DNA of 39,147 nt from the NCBI GenBank assembly GCA_035649615.1, contig DASRJF010000409.1, positions 1 to 39,147 of the forward strand, given 5' to 3'. The notes under the pieces are model-generated. The model worked only from the letters and a program-made list of their open reading frames with translations, was not told where the DNA came from and ran no database searches. Origin of the DNA: Planctomycetota bacterium. GTDB taxonomy: Bacteria; Planctomycetota; MHYJ01; JACPRB01. Positions 1-6,850 of this stretch are shown piece by piece. A program made the position numbers and the translations under genes. The stretch's first letter is position 1. The number at the start of each line of letters is the position of its first letter.

Positions 1-1
1 G

Positions 2-133
2 TTCCTGCCGCTTTTCGTCTTCGGGCTGCTCTACCAGGGGTTCTCGGGAACGCCGGGGCCGTCCTTCGAGGCTCCGCCCCCGCCTCGGCGCGCGTCACGC
101 CCGATTCGAGCGACTGTTGAAGTCGCGGACTAA
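2..133 (+). CDS. 3' end of an integral-membrane protein gene (5' part outside the window); paralog of 243..947
   Basis: Frame 2 reads FLPLFVFGLLYQGFSGTPGPSFEAPPPPRRASRPIRATVEVAD then TAA (131-133). These are the same residues as the C-terminus of the 243..947 product. 131/133 nt are identical to the reverse complement of 243-375. Confidence 0.7.
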   Translation, partial: FLPLFVFGLLYQGFSGTPGPSFEAPPPPRRASRPIRATVEVAD

Positions 134-242
134 CTCCAGCTTCAAGCTTCAAGCTCCAAGCTTCAAGCCAGAGCCCGTACGGGCCATGCCCGAATGGGCT
201 CCTTCTAGCTTAAAGCTTAGAGCTTAAAGCTTAAAGCTGGAG
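134..242. repeat. Heptamer-periodic inverted repeat between convergent paralogs (AGCTTCA-type array facing AGCTTAA-type array)
   Basis: Left arm ctccagcttcaagcttcaagctccaagcttcaagcc. Right arm tagcttaaagcttagagcttaaagcttaaagctggag. The arms are complementary except for one C/T difference every 7th base. The centre contains the palindrome gcccgtacgggc (173-184). Confidence 0.9.
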
Positions 243-947
243 TTAATCCGCGACTTCGACAGTCGCTCGAATCGGGCGTGACGCGCGCCGAGGCGGGGGC
301 GGAGCCTCGAAGGACGGCCCCGGCGTTCCCGAGAACCCCTGGTAGAGCAGCCCGAAGACGAAAAGCGGCAGGAACGCCGCGAGGTGGAGCAGGACGCGCG
401 TCGAGGGCGAGATCTGCTGCAGCGGCGCCAGCACCGCCAGCGAGATGCCGTAGGTCACGAAGACGCTCCCGATCAGCGACGAATTCAGCACGTAGAAGAA
501 CTTCGGGAAGAGCCCGCCCAACCCGCCGCCGAGCAGGAAGATCACCGCGGTCCCCAGCATCGTCTGCTCCCCGGCCTTGAAGAGGGTCGGTGAGAAGACC
601 GAGGCGAAGAGCGCCACGGTGAAGCCCCCCAGGAGGATGCCGACGAACCGCTTGCAGAACGCCCCGATGTACGCGCCCGCCGCGGAGCACGCCGCGACAT
701 AAAGGAAGGGCGACGACGCGCCGTGCGGCGAGAAATGGCTTTTCAGGAAGAGGCCCGCCCACCCGCCGACGATGAGGCCGGTGATGCCGAGGAAGTACTC
801 GTGGTGGCGCCAGCCGAACAGGAGGAACGAGCCCCCGAACACGATCGAGAGCAGGGCGATGATCTCGGGAAAGTAAGTCCCGATGAGGCTCTTGTGGTGG
901 GAGAGGTTGAGCCGCTCCACGAAGTCGACAATTTCCCCGACGTTCAT
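243..947 (-). CDS. Integral membrane protein, unknown function (about 7 hydrophobic segments)
   Basis: ATG at 947-945, TAA at 245-243, 234 aa. Repeated Gly-rich hydrophobic stretches (IIALLSIVFGGSFLLFGW, GITGLIVGGWAGLFL, VGILLGGFTVALFASVF, TAVIFLLGGGLGGLF, LHLAAFLPLFVFGLLY). The overlapping 217..960 ORF is Arg/Pro-rich alternative-frame noise. Confidence 0.75.
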   Translation of the reverse strand: MNVGEIVDFVERLNLSHHKSLIGTYFPEIIALLSIVFGGSFLLFGWRHHEYFLGITGLIVGGWAGLFLKSHFSPHGASSPFLYVAACSAAGAYIGAFCKRFVGILLGGFTVALFASVFSPTLFKAGEQTMLGTAVIFLLGGGLGGLFPKFFYVLNSSLIGSVFVTYGISLAVLAPLQQISPSTRVLLHLAAFLPLFVFGLLYQGFSGTPGPSFEAPPPPRRASRPIRATVEVAD

Positions 948-1020
948 AGAAACTCCGCAATGTGATTCATCGGTCCGAGGGGCGCTTCCGCTTGAGAGAA
1001 ATGGTCGCCGGGACCCGGGG

Positions 1021-2121
1021 CTATTTTTCGGAGATCAGCGTCTGGATGCATCTCCCGATCTCGCGCGCGTGGTCGCTGAAGATCGGATTGACGTACCGGA
1101 CCAGGCCCTTGCGATCGATCACGAACACCATCGGCAGGTCGTCGATCCCGTAGGCCGAGGCGATGGGCCCCTTGAAGCCATCGCCGTCCAGGACGACCGG
1201 CCACGCGACGCCGGCCCGCGCCAGGTCGGTTTCCAGCTTCGCCTTGTCCTTGTCGATGGCCACCGCGAGGATCGAGACATCCGTCGCCGCGAATCGCCGG
1301 GCCAGCCGCTTCATCACGCCCGCCTCGACCGCGAAGTCGGGAAACGACGCGCCCAGGAAGTAGAGCACGGTCACCTTGCCCCGGGCGAAGTCGCCCTTGA
1401 CCGCCTCGCCCTTCAGGTTCAAGCCCTCGACCGGCTTCGGAGGTTTCCCGATCCACAACCACGCGGCGAGGATCTGCTTCGCGAACTCGACGGTCGCCCC
1501 GTCGGGGCACGACCGGACCGTCTCCTCGAGCAGGGCCCGCCCGTCGCCGGGTTTTCCGGTGATCAGGAGGAAGAGCGCCTGCTGGAGCACGGTCGCCCAT
1601 TCCTCCAGCTTCCCCTTGTACGCCGCGCGCAGGTCGGCGAGCGCCTTGAGCGCGTCGTCGTCGCGCCCCTCGCAAAGAAACGCCTGGGCGATCCGGAGCT
1701 TCGCCTCGAACAGGCGGGGATCCGTCGGGAAGTCGCGGACCAGGGCTTGGAACGACTCCCGCGCCTGCGCGTCCCGGCCGGCCGCCAGCCGGATCTGGCC
1801 GAGATTCATGAGGACCGTCGGAACTTGCGCGTGTTTCGGCCAGCCTTCGAAGAAGGCGCGGGCGTGCGCCTCCGACCCGTCGTAGTCCTCGAGGTCGGCG
1901 CAGATTTCGCACGCGATCGCGCGCGCGCGGGCCCCGGACTCGGAATCGGGCTTCGAGTCGATGAACTTGACGACCTCGGCCAGCGTCGCGCGCGCCGCGG
2001 CGGTGAGATCGTCGTAGGTCTTCGCCCGGCGGAGGGCGTCGCCGTGCCGCGCGATGATGGTGTCGAGAGGCGATGGCCCCTGCGCGAGAAGGACCGCCGC
2101 CAGCGTCAGAGTCGCGATCAT
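1021..2121 (-). CDS. Secreted TPR-like + thioredoxin-fold (TlpA/ResA/AhpC-TSA-like) protein lacking the CxxC motif
   Basis: The ATG at 2121 gives the signal-like N-terminus MIATLTLAAVLLAQG (the track start at 2139 is TTG). There is a helical-repeat middle region. The C-terminal thioredoxin-like pattern is GKVTVLYFLGASFPDF...ILAVAIDKD...WPVVLDGDG...YGIDDLPMVFVIDRKGLVRY. Confidence 0.7.
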   Translation of the reverse strand: MIATLTLAAVLLAQGPSPLDTIIARHGDALRRAKTYDDLTAAARATLAEVVKFIDSKPDSESGARARAIACEICADLEDYDGSEAHARAFFEGWPKHAQVPTVLMNLGQIRLAAGRDAQARESFQALVRDFPTDPRLFEAKLRIAQAFLCEGRDDDALKALADLRAAYKGKLEEWATVLQQALFLLITGKPGDGRALLEETVRSCPDGATVEFAKQILAAWLWIGKPPKPVEGLNLKGEAVKGDFARGKVTVLYFLGASFPDFAVEAGVMKRLARRFAATDVSILAVAIDKDKAKLETDLARAGVAWPVVLDGDGFKGPIASAYGIDDLPMVFVIDRKGLVRYVNPIFSDHAREIGRCIQTLISEK

Positions 2122-2182
2122 GGCTTCCGTCTCCGGCAAAAATCACGTGCCCATTCCGGGCGGGGCTTCTATAACCTCCCCC

Positions 2183-3232
2183 ATGGCGCGGCGCAAGCTC
2201 CGGCTCGGCCTCCTCACCGGAGGCGGCGACGGCCCGGGGCTCAACGCCGTCATCCGCGCCGTCGTCAAGAAGGGGATCCGGGACCTCGGCGCCTCGTTCG
2301 TCGGCATTCTCGACGGTTTCGTCGGGCTTGTCGAGCGCCGGTGGCGGCCCCTGACGTTCGACACGGTCTCGGGGATCCTGCACAACGCCGGGACGATCCT
2401 CGGCACGTCGAACAAGGGCGATCCGCTGGCCTACGGCGACCGCGGCAACGTGATGCCGGTCGTCCTCCGCCACCTGCGCGAGCTGAGGCTCGACGGGCTG
2501 ATCTGCCTGGGCGGCGACGGGACGATGCGGATCGCGCAGGGCCTGTCCCGGCGGTGGAACCGCGTCGTCGGGATCCCGAAGACCATAGACAACGACGTGG
2601 CGGGGACCGAGATCACGTTCGGCTTCGACACCGCGGCGAAGGTCGCGGCCGACGCGGTCCAGATCCTGGCTGCGACGGCCGACGCGCACCGCCGGGTGAT
2701 GGTCGTCGAGGTCATGGGGCGGACCGCGGGGTGGATCGCGCTGCACGCCGGGATCGCCGGGGGCGCGGACGTGATCCTCATCCCGGAGATCCGGGGGTCG
2801 ATGAGCAAGGTCGCGGAGTTCATACGACGCCGGCACAAGACCCGGAGGTTCACGCTCGTCGTCGTCGCGGAGGGGGCGGCGCCCGAGGGCATCGACCGCG
2901 CGTCGCTGCACCCCGGGATCATCGGCACGACGGTGGCCGACCGGATCGAGGACGCGGGATTCGAGGCGCGGGTGACCATCCTCGGCCACCTTCAACGGAG
3001 CGCGCCGCCGACGCCCGCCGACCGGGTGCTCGCGACGCGGTTCGGCGCGGCGGCGGTGGATCTTGTCGCGGACCGAAAGTTCGGTCGCATGACCGCCGTC
3101 CGGGGGGGTAGAATTACAAGTCTGCCGCTGGCGCGGGTGGCAGGCCGGGTGAAGCTCGTGCCGCGGGACCACGAGTTGGTGCGGGCCGCCCGATCCTTGG
3201 GCACCTCATTTGGGGACGAGGGCGTTCTGTAG
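2183..3232 (+). CDS. pfkA: 6-phosphofructokinase (PfkA family)
   Basis: ATG at 2183. Motifs LGLLTGGGDGPGLNAVIR, LICLGGDGTMRIA, GIPKTIDNDV, VMVVEVMGRTAGWIALHAG, ILGHLQRS. The track ORF start at 2054 overlaps the divergent upstream gene. Confidence 0.9.
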   Translation: MARRKLRLGLLTGGGDGPGLNAVIRAVVKKGIRDLGASFVGILDGFVGLVERRWRPLTFDTVSGILHNAGTILGTSNKGDPLAYGDRGNVMPVVLRHLRELRLDGLICLGGDGTMRIAQGLSRRWNRVVGIPKTIDNDVAGTEITFGFDTAAKVAADAVQILAATADAHRRVMVVEVMGRTAGWIALHAGIAGGADVILIPEIRGSMSKVAEFIRRRHKTRRFTLVVVAEGAAPEGIDRASLHPGIIGTTVADRIEDAGFEARVTILGHLQRSAPPTPADRVLATRFGAAAVDLVADRKFGRMTAVRGGRITSLPLARVAGRVKLVPRDHELVRAARSLGTSFGDEGVL

Positions 3233-3254
3233 CTTATGTATCATAGGTTATACT
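3225..3254 (+). promoter_or_regulatory. Possible sigma-70-like promoter for the merR-like gene
   Basis: An AT-rich patch in otherwise GC-rich DNA: TTCTGT (3225-3230), 18-nt spacer, TATACT (3249-3254), about 60 nt upstream of ATG 3313. Recognised by eye only. Confidence 0.2.
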
Positions 3255-3312
3255 TCCGGTGACCGGAGCGGACCGGCCCGCCGCGACTGGCGGGCCCGAT
3301 TGGGAGGTGGGC

Positions 3313-3558
3313 ATGGCCCCCCGCAAGCTGTACAAGATCGGCGAAGTGATGAAGTACACGAACCTGTCCCGCCAGACCATCCACAACTACACCATGATGG
3401 GCCTCATCCGCGAGGCGGACTGGACCGAGTCGGGCCACCGCCTCTACGCCGAAGAGGTCTTCGACCGCATCCGCAAGATCGAGATGCTCAAGCGGCACCG
3501 GCCCCTCCGGGAAGTGATGGAGATCCTGGGCAAAGAGGACGCCGTCACCAAGTCCTGA
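3313..3558 (+). CDS. MerR-family helix-turn-helix transcriptional regulator (short, 81 aa)
   Basis: GGGAGG RBS at 3302-3307, ATG at 3313. N-terminal MerR-type HTH YKIGEVMKYTNLSRQTIHNYTMMGLI followed by GHRLYAEEVFDRIRKIEMLK. Confidence 0.8.
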   Translation: MAPRKLYKIGEVMKYTNLSRQTIHNYTMMGLIREADWTESGHRLYAEEVFDRIRKIEMLKRHRPLREVMEILGKEDAVTKS

Positions 3559-3561
3559 CCC

Positions 3562-3733
3562 GGAAGCTGGAAGCGGGAAGTTGGAAGCGGGAATCCGGAT
3601 TCCTTCAACCCGCCGTGACCGTCATTCCAAGTTTGAGGTTCCCCATTCCCCATTCCACATTCCTCATTCCCCATTCCCATTCCACATTCCGGATTCCGCA
3701 TTCCATTCCACATTCCATCTTCCACCTTCCTTT
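3562..3733. repeat. Heptamer-periodic repeat block: GGAAGNN x5 array, conserved core, then CCNCATT/CATTCC array
   Basis: ggaagct ggaagcg ggaagtt ggaagcg ggaatcc (3562-3598). Core ccggattccttcaacccgcc. Then ccccatt ccccatt ccacatt cctcatt ccccatt ... ccggatt ccgcatt ... ccatctt ccacctt (3641-3733). The distal part is an imperfect complement of the GGAAG array. Confidence 0.9.
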
Positions 3734-3815
3734 CCAAATTGACTTCACTTCAAGGCCTGTCATGCCGATAGGCTCTTGATAGGGGCCGTTCCGCCTAGTG
3801 AGAGGGAGAGGGGAA

Positions 3816-5225
3816 ATGGACTGGGTCCGCCGCTCCGTCGACTCGTTCCAATCCGCGTGGGCGGGCTTTCCCGTCAGCTACCGCGTCCTCACCGGCTTCC
3901 TCCTCGTCCTGCTCGCCCTGGTCGGCGCCTGGGGCGTCAACGCGGCGGGGAAAGAAGGCTGGGTCAAGATCGCCGACGCCGGGGAGTCGCTCGACAAGCG
4001 TGGGCAGATCGTGGCCAAGCTGCGCGAACTGAAGATCAAGACCAAGGTCGAGGGCGACACCATCTTCGTCTTGTCGACCCAGGCCGACGAGGCGATGCTC
4101 CAGCTTCACACGTCCGGTGCCCTCGGAGACGAGCCCTTCTTCAAGTACCTCCAGGAGACGAAAATCTTCGAGACGCGCGCGCAGTCCGACCGCCAGTGGC
4201 TCGTCGCCGTCCAGGGCCGGCTCGCCGCCCTCATCCAGAACCTGCCCTACGTCCGGCGCGCGTGGGTCCAGATCGCGGAGTCCGGCGACGCCAAGAGCCT
4301 GTTCTGGGCGAACGGCCGGGAGGCGACCGCCGCGGTCATCCTCGAACTCAAACCCCACGAGAAGATCACGCCCCGCCGGGCCGCCGGCATCGCGGCGCTC
4401 GTCGCCGCGGCCAGGCCCGACATCAAGCCGACCGGCGTGAAGATCCTCGACGAGACGGGCCAGCTCATCCGGGTCCTGGATTCGGAGTCGTTCGTCAGCC
4501 AGGACCTCCGGTCGCAGGAGTTCGAGATCGCGTCGAGCCTCGAGGCGAAGGCGCTGCTCGTGCTTCCCCACAATTCCCGGGTCGCCGTGACGGTGCGGCT
4601 CAACGCGGAGAGCCGGAAGCTGGAGCAGAAATCGGAGGAGAAGAACGGGGCGCCGCCGGTCGGGATCTCGGAAGGGGGGGACGATCCGGTGGTATCGTCG
4701 ATCCGGCAGAAATCCGAGCAGCGGGACCTGCCGGCGGGATTCAGCATCGAGTTCATTTCGGTCGCGGCCCTGATTCCCGAAACGGCGGGCGATGTGCCCA
4801 GCGGAGCCGGTCCCCGCGCCGCGTTTCTCAGGCAAGTCACCGATGGCCTGCGCAACGCCACGGGGGCGAAGGACAAGGACATTTCGATCCGGATCGCGCC
4901 GCTCCCGGCCTCCGTGTTCACGAACGCGGTTCCCGCGGCGCCCGCTCCGCCGCCGCCCCCGACGGGAATCCGCCTCGACGAACGCGCCGCCCTGCTCGTC
5001 GCGTGCGGGATCCTCGCCCTCGCGGCCGCCTACGGACTCGTGCGGCGCCTGGCGCCCGCGGCGGAGCCCGGGGTCGTGGCGGAAGAGAGCCTGCGCGCCC
5101 CGGGCGAGTCGATCCTCTCCGCGCAGGACGAGGTGCTGGACAAGATCCGCGAGGGCGTGCGGGAATCGGTGGCTCGCAATCCGCGCGAGGCCGCCGACGT
5201 CGCCCGGAGGTGGATGGCGCCGTGA
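3816..5225 (+). CDS. fliF: Flagellar M-ring protein FliF
   Basis: RBS gagggagagggg, then ATG at 3816. N-terminal TM segment (VLTGFLLVLLALVGAWGV). YscJ/FliF-like region (IFVLSTQADEAMLQL, AVQGRLAALIQNLPYVRRAWVQIA, ATAAVILELK). Second TM near the C-terminus (AALLVACGILALAAAYGLV). Sits immediately upstream of fliG. Confidence 0.85.
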   Translation: MDWVRRSVDSFQSAWAGFPVSYRVLTGFLLVLLALVGAWGVNAAGKEGWVKIADAGESLDKRGQIVAKLRELKIKTKVEGDTIFVLSTQADEAMLQLHTSGALGDEPFFKYLQETKIFETRAQSDRQWLVAVQGRLAALIQNLPYVRRAWVQIAESGDAKSLFWANGREATAAVILELKPHEKITPRRAAGIAALVAAARPDIKPTGVKILDETGQLIRVLDSESFVSQDLRSQEFEIASSLEAKALLVLPHNSRVAVTVRLNAESRKLEQKSEEKNGAPPVGISEGGDDPVVSSIRQKSEQRDLPAGFSIEFISVAALIPETAGDVPSGAGPRAAFLRQVTDGLRNATGAKDKDISIRIAPLPASVFTNAVPAAPAPPPPPTGIRLDERAALLVACGILALAAAYGLVRRLAPAAEPGVVAEESLRAPGESILSAQDEVLDKIREGVRESVARNPREAADVARRWMAP

Positions 5226-6244
5226 CGCTGAAATCCCCGCCCGAAGGCCCGGCCCCCGGCGCGCGCCGCGTGGCCGTGCTCCTGTCGTCGCTCGACCTCG
5301 AGTCGGGCCGGACGCTGCTGCGGGAGTTTCCCGCGCCGGAGCGCCAGAAGGTCCTCATCGAAGTCGCCCGTCTCGAGATCGATCCGCCGTCGCGCGACGA
5401 GCTGGAGTCCACGCTGCGCGAGTTCCAGGCGATGCGCGAGACGACCCCCGCGCCGGGACCCGGCGGCCGGGAGGTCGCGCGCGCCCTCGTCGAGGCGGCG
5501 GGGGATCCCGAGGAGCGGCGCCGGCTGCTCGAGCGGATCGAGGCCGCCGTCCAGTCGGTCCCGTTCGGATTCCTCGCGAAGGCGGGGCCGGCCCGCCTGG
5601 CGGAGGCGCTGCGGGACGAGCACCCGCAGACGCTCGCGCTCATCGCGGCCTGCCTTCCGCCCGCCCAGTCCGCGCAGCTGATCGACCGCCTGCCGCTGAA
5701 GACGCAGGTCGAGGCGGTGCGCCGCCTCGCGACGATGGAGCCGATGCCGCCGGAGACGGTGCAACGGATCGAGAAGGCGCTCGAATCCCGGTTCGCGTCG
5801 AAGCGCGACGCCGGATCGCCGTCGCCGGGCGGATTCCGGTCGGCCGCCACCGTCCTGGGCCGGGCCCTGCCGGAAACCAGCCGCCACGTCCTGGCCGAGC
5901 TCGAATCCGACGATCCGGACTTGGCGGAGCAGCTCCGGGAGGCCCTGCTGTCGTTCGACGATTTGAGGGAAGTCGACGATCGCGGGCTCGTCGCGCTGGC
6001 CACGGAGATCGACTTGAAGACGATGGCCGTGGCGCTCAAGTCCCCGGCCCCGGAATTCACCTCGCGCCTCATTCCCGCCCTGGCTCCCGCGGAGGCGGCG
6101 CTCCTCGTCAGCACGATGGATGCCCTGGGGCCCGTGACGTTGCAGGAAATCACGGTGGCGCGACGCAAGATCTCGAGAACGGCGCAATGGCTCGAGGCGC
6201 GCGGGGAGCTCGAAGTGCGCCGCGTTCCCGGAAGGGTGGCTTGA
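5222..6244 (+). CDS. fliG: Flagellar motor switch protein FliG
   Basis: The GTG at 5222 overlaps the fliF stop (GTGA). FliG-like sequence: AVLLSSLDLESGRTLLREF, FGFLAKAGPARLAEALRDEHPQTLALIAACLPP, FDDLREVDDRGLVALATEIDLKTMAVALK, EARGELEV. Confidence 0.9.
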   Translation: MTLKSPPEGPAPGARRVAVLLSSLDLESGRTLLREFPAPERQKVLIEVARLEIDPPSRDELESTLREFQAMRETTPAPGPGGREVARALVEAAGDPEERRRLLERIEAAVQSVPFGFLAKAGPARLAEALRDEHPQTLALIAACLPPAQSAQLIDRLPLKTQVEAVRRLATMEPMPPETVQRIEKALESRFASKRDAGSPSPGGFRSAATVLGRALPETSRHVLAELESDDPDLAEQLREALLSFDDLREVDDRGLVALATEIDLKTMAVALKSPAPEFTSRLIPALAPAEAALLVSTMDALGPVTLQEITVARRKISRTAQWLEARGELEVRRVPGRVA

Positions 6245-6838
6245 ATGGATCCGGTCCGTCCCTTTTACCTGCCGTCGTTCGAGAAGGAGGCCGAGGCGAT
6301 CGTCGCCCGCTCCCGGGAACTGGCGCGCGACCTCACGGTCTCCGCTGCCGCCGAGTCGGTGCGGATCCGCGACGAGGCCCAGCGCGAGGGGTTCGAGCGG
6401 GGACAGGCCGAGGGGCGCGAGCGGGCCCGGCAGGAGGAATCGCGGAAGCTGGGCGACGCCCTCCGGAAGATCCTCGACGAGGTCGAGCGCCACCGGAGCC
6501 GCCTCGTCATGGAATCGGAGCGGGACGTCGTCCGGCTCGCCCTCGCCATCGCCGAGAAGATCGTCAAGGTGGAGGTGAAGCGCGGCAAGGCCGTCGCGGA
6601 GAACAACATCCGCGCCGCCCTCAAGCGCGCGGTCCGCGGTCACGCGCTGGAGATCCGGCTTCATCCGGACGACGCCGCGCGGCTCCGGCCGGCGGGATCG
6701 GAGTCCGACGGCGCGACCATCACGGCCGATCCTTCCATCTCCCCGGGCGGGTGCGTGGTCCGCACGCCGGCGGGCACGGTGGATCTCGACATCAAGACCC
6801 AGCTGGCTGAAATCGAGCGGGGCTTGCTGGGCGAATAG
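6245..6838 (+). CDS. fliH: Flagellar assembly protein FliH
   Basis: ATG directly abuts the fliG stop (TGAATG). Charged coiled-coil N-terminal half. FliH/YscL-like C-terminal half (VVRLALAIAEKIVKVEV...LEIRLHPDDAARL...GGCVVRTPAGTVDLDIKTQLAEIE). Position is between fliG and fliI. Confidence 0.75.
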   Translation: MDPVRPFYLPSFEKEAEAIVARSRELARDLTVSAAAESVRIRDEAQREGFERGQAEGRERARQEESRKLGDALRKILDEVERHRSRLVMESERDVVRLALAIAEKIVKVEVKRGKAVAENNIRAALKRAVRGHALEIRLHPDDAARLRPAGSESDGATITADPSISPGGCVVRTPAGTVDLDIKTQLAEIERGLLGE

Positions 6839-6850
6839 GACGATTCCCGA

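Noticed and set aside
217-960. 247-aa ORF overlapping 243..947 in another frame
   Set aside because: Its translation is Arg/Pro/Gly-rich. The 243..947 frame gives a coherent multi-TM protein and is the frame conserved (with synonymous-only differences) in the inverted duplicate at 2-133.
883-3172. Two 742-aa ORFs (883..3111 + and 944..3172 -) spanning the TlpA-like and pfk genes
   Set aside because: Their translations are Arg/Pro/Gly/Asp-rich low-complexity sequence, typical of wrong-frame reading of about 70% G+C DNA. They overlap well-supported genes (pfk motifs, thioredoxin fold) in other frames.
3641-3733. The (CATTCC)n array as eukaryotic satellite contamination or a chimeric assembly
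   Set aside because: It is short, degenerate and embedded seamlessly between GC-rich bacterial genes. It belongs to the same heptamer-repeat family seen at six other loci in the window.
3764-3770. GCCGATA upstream of fliF as a sigma-28 (FliA) -10 element
   Set aside because: No TAAA-like -35 sits at the required spacing of about 15 nt (the nearest CAAA is 25 nt away). fliF-type operons are usually not sigma-28 dependent. I kept it only as a note.
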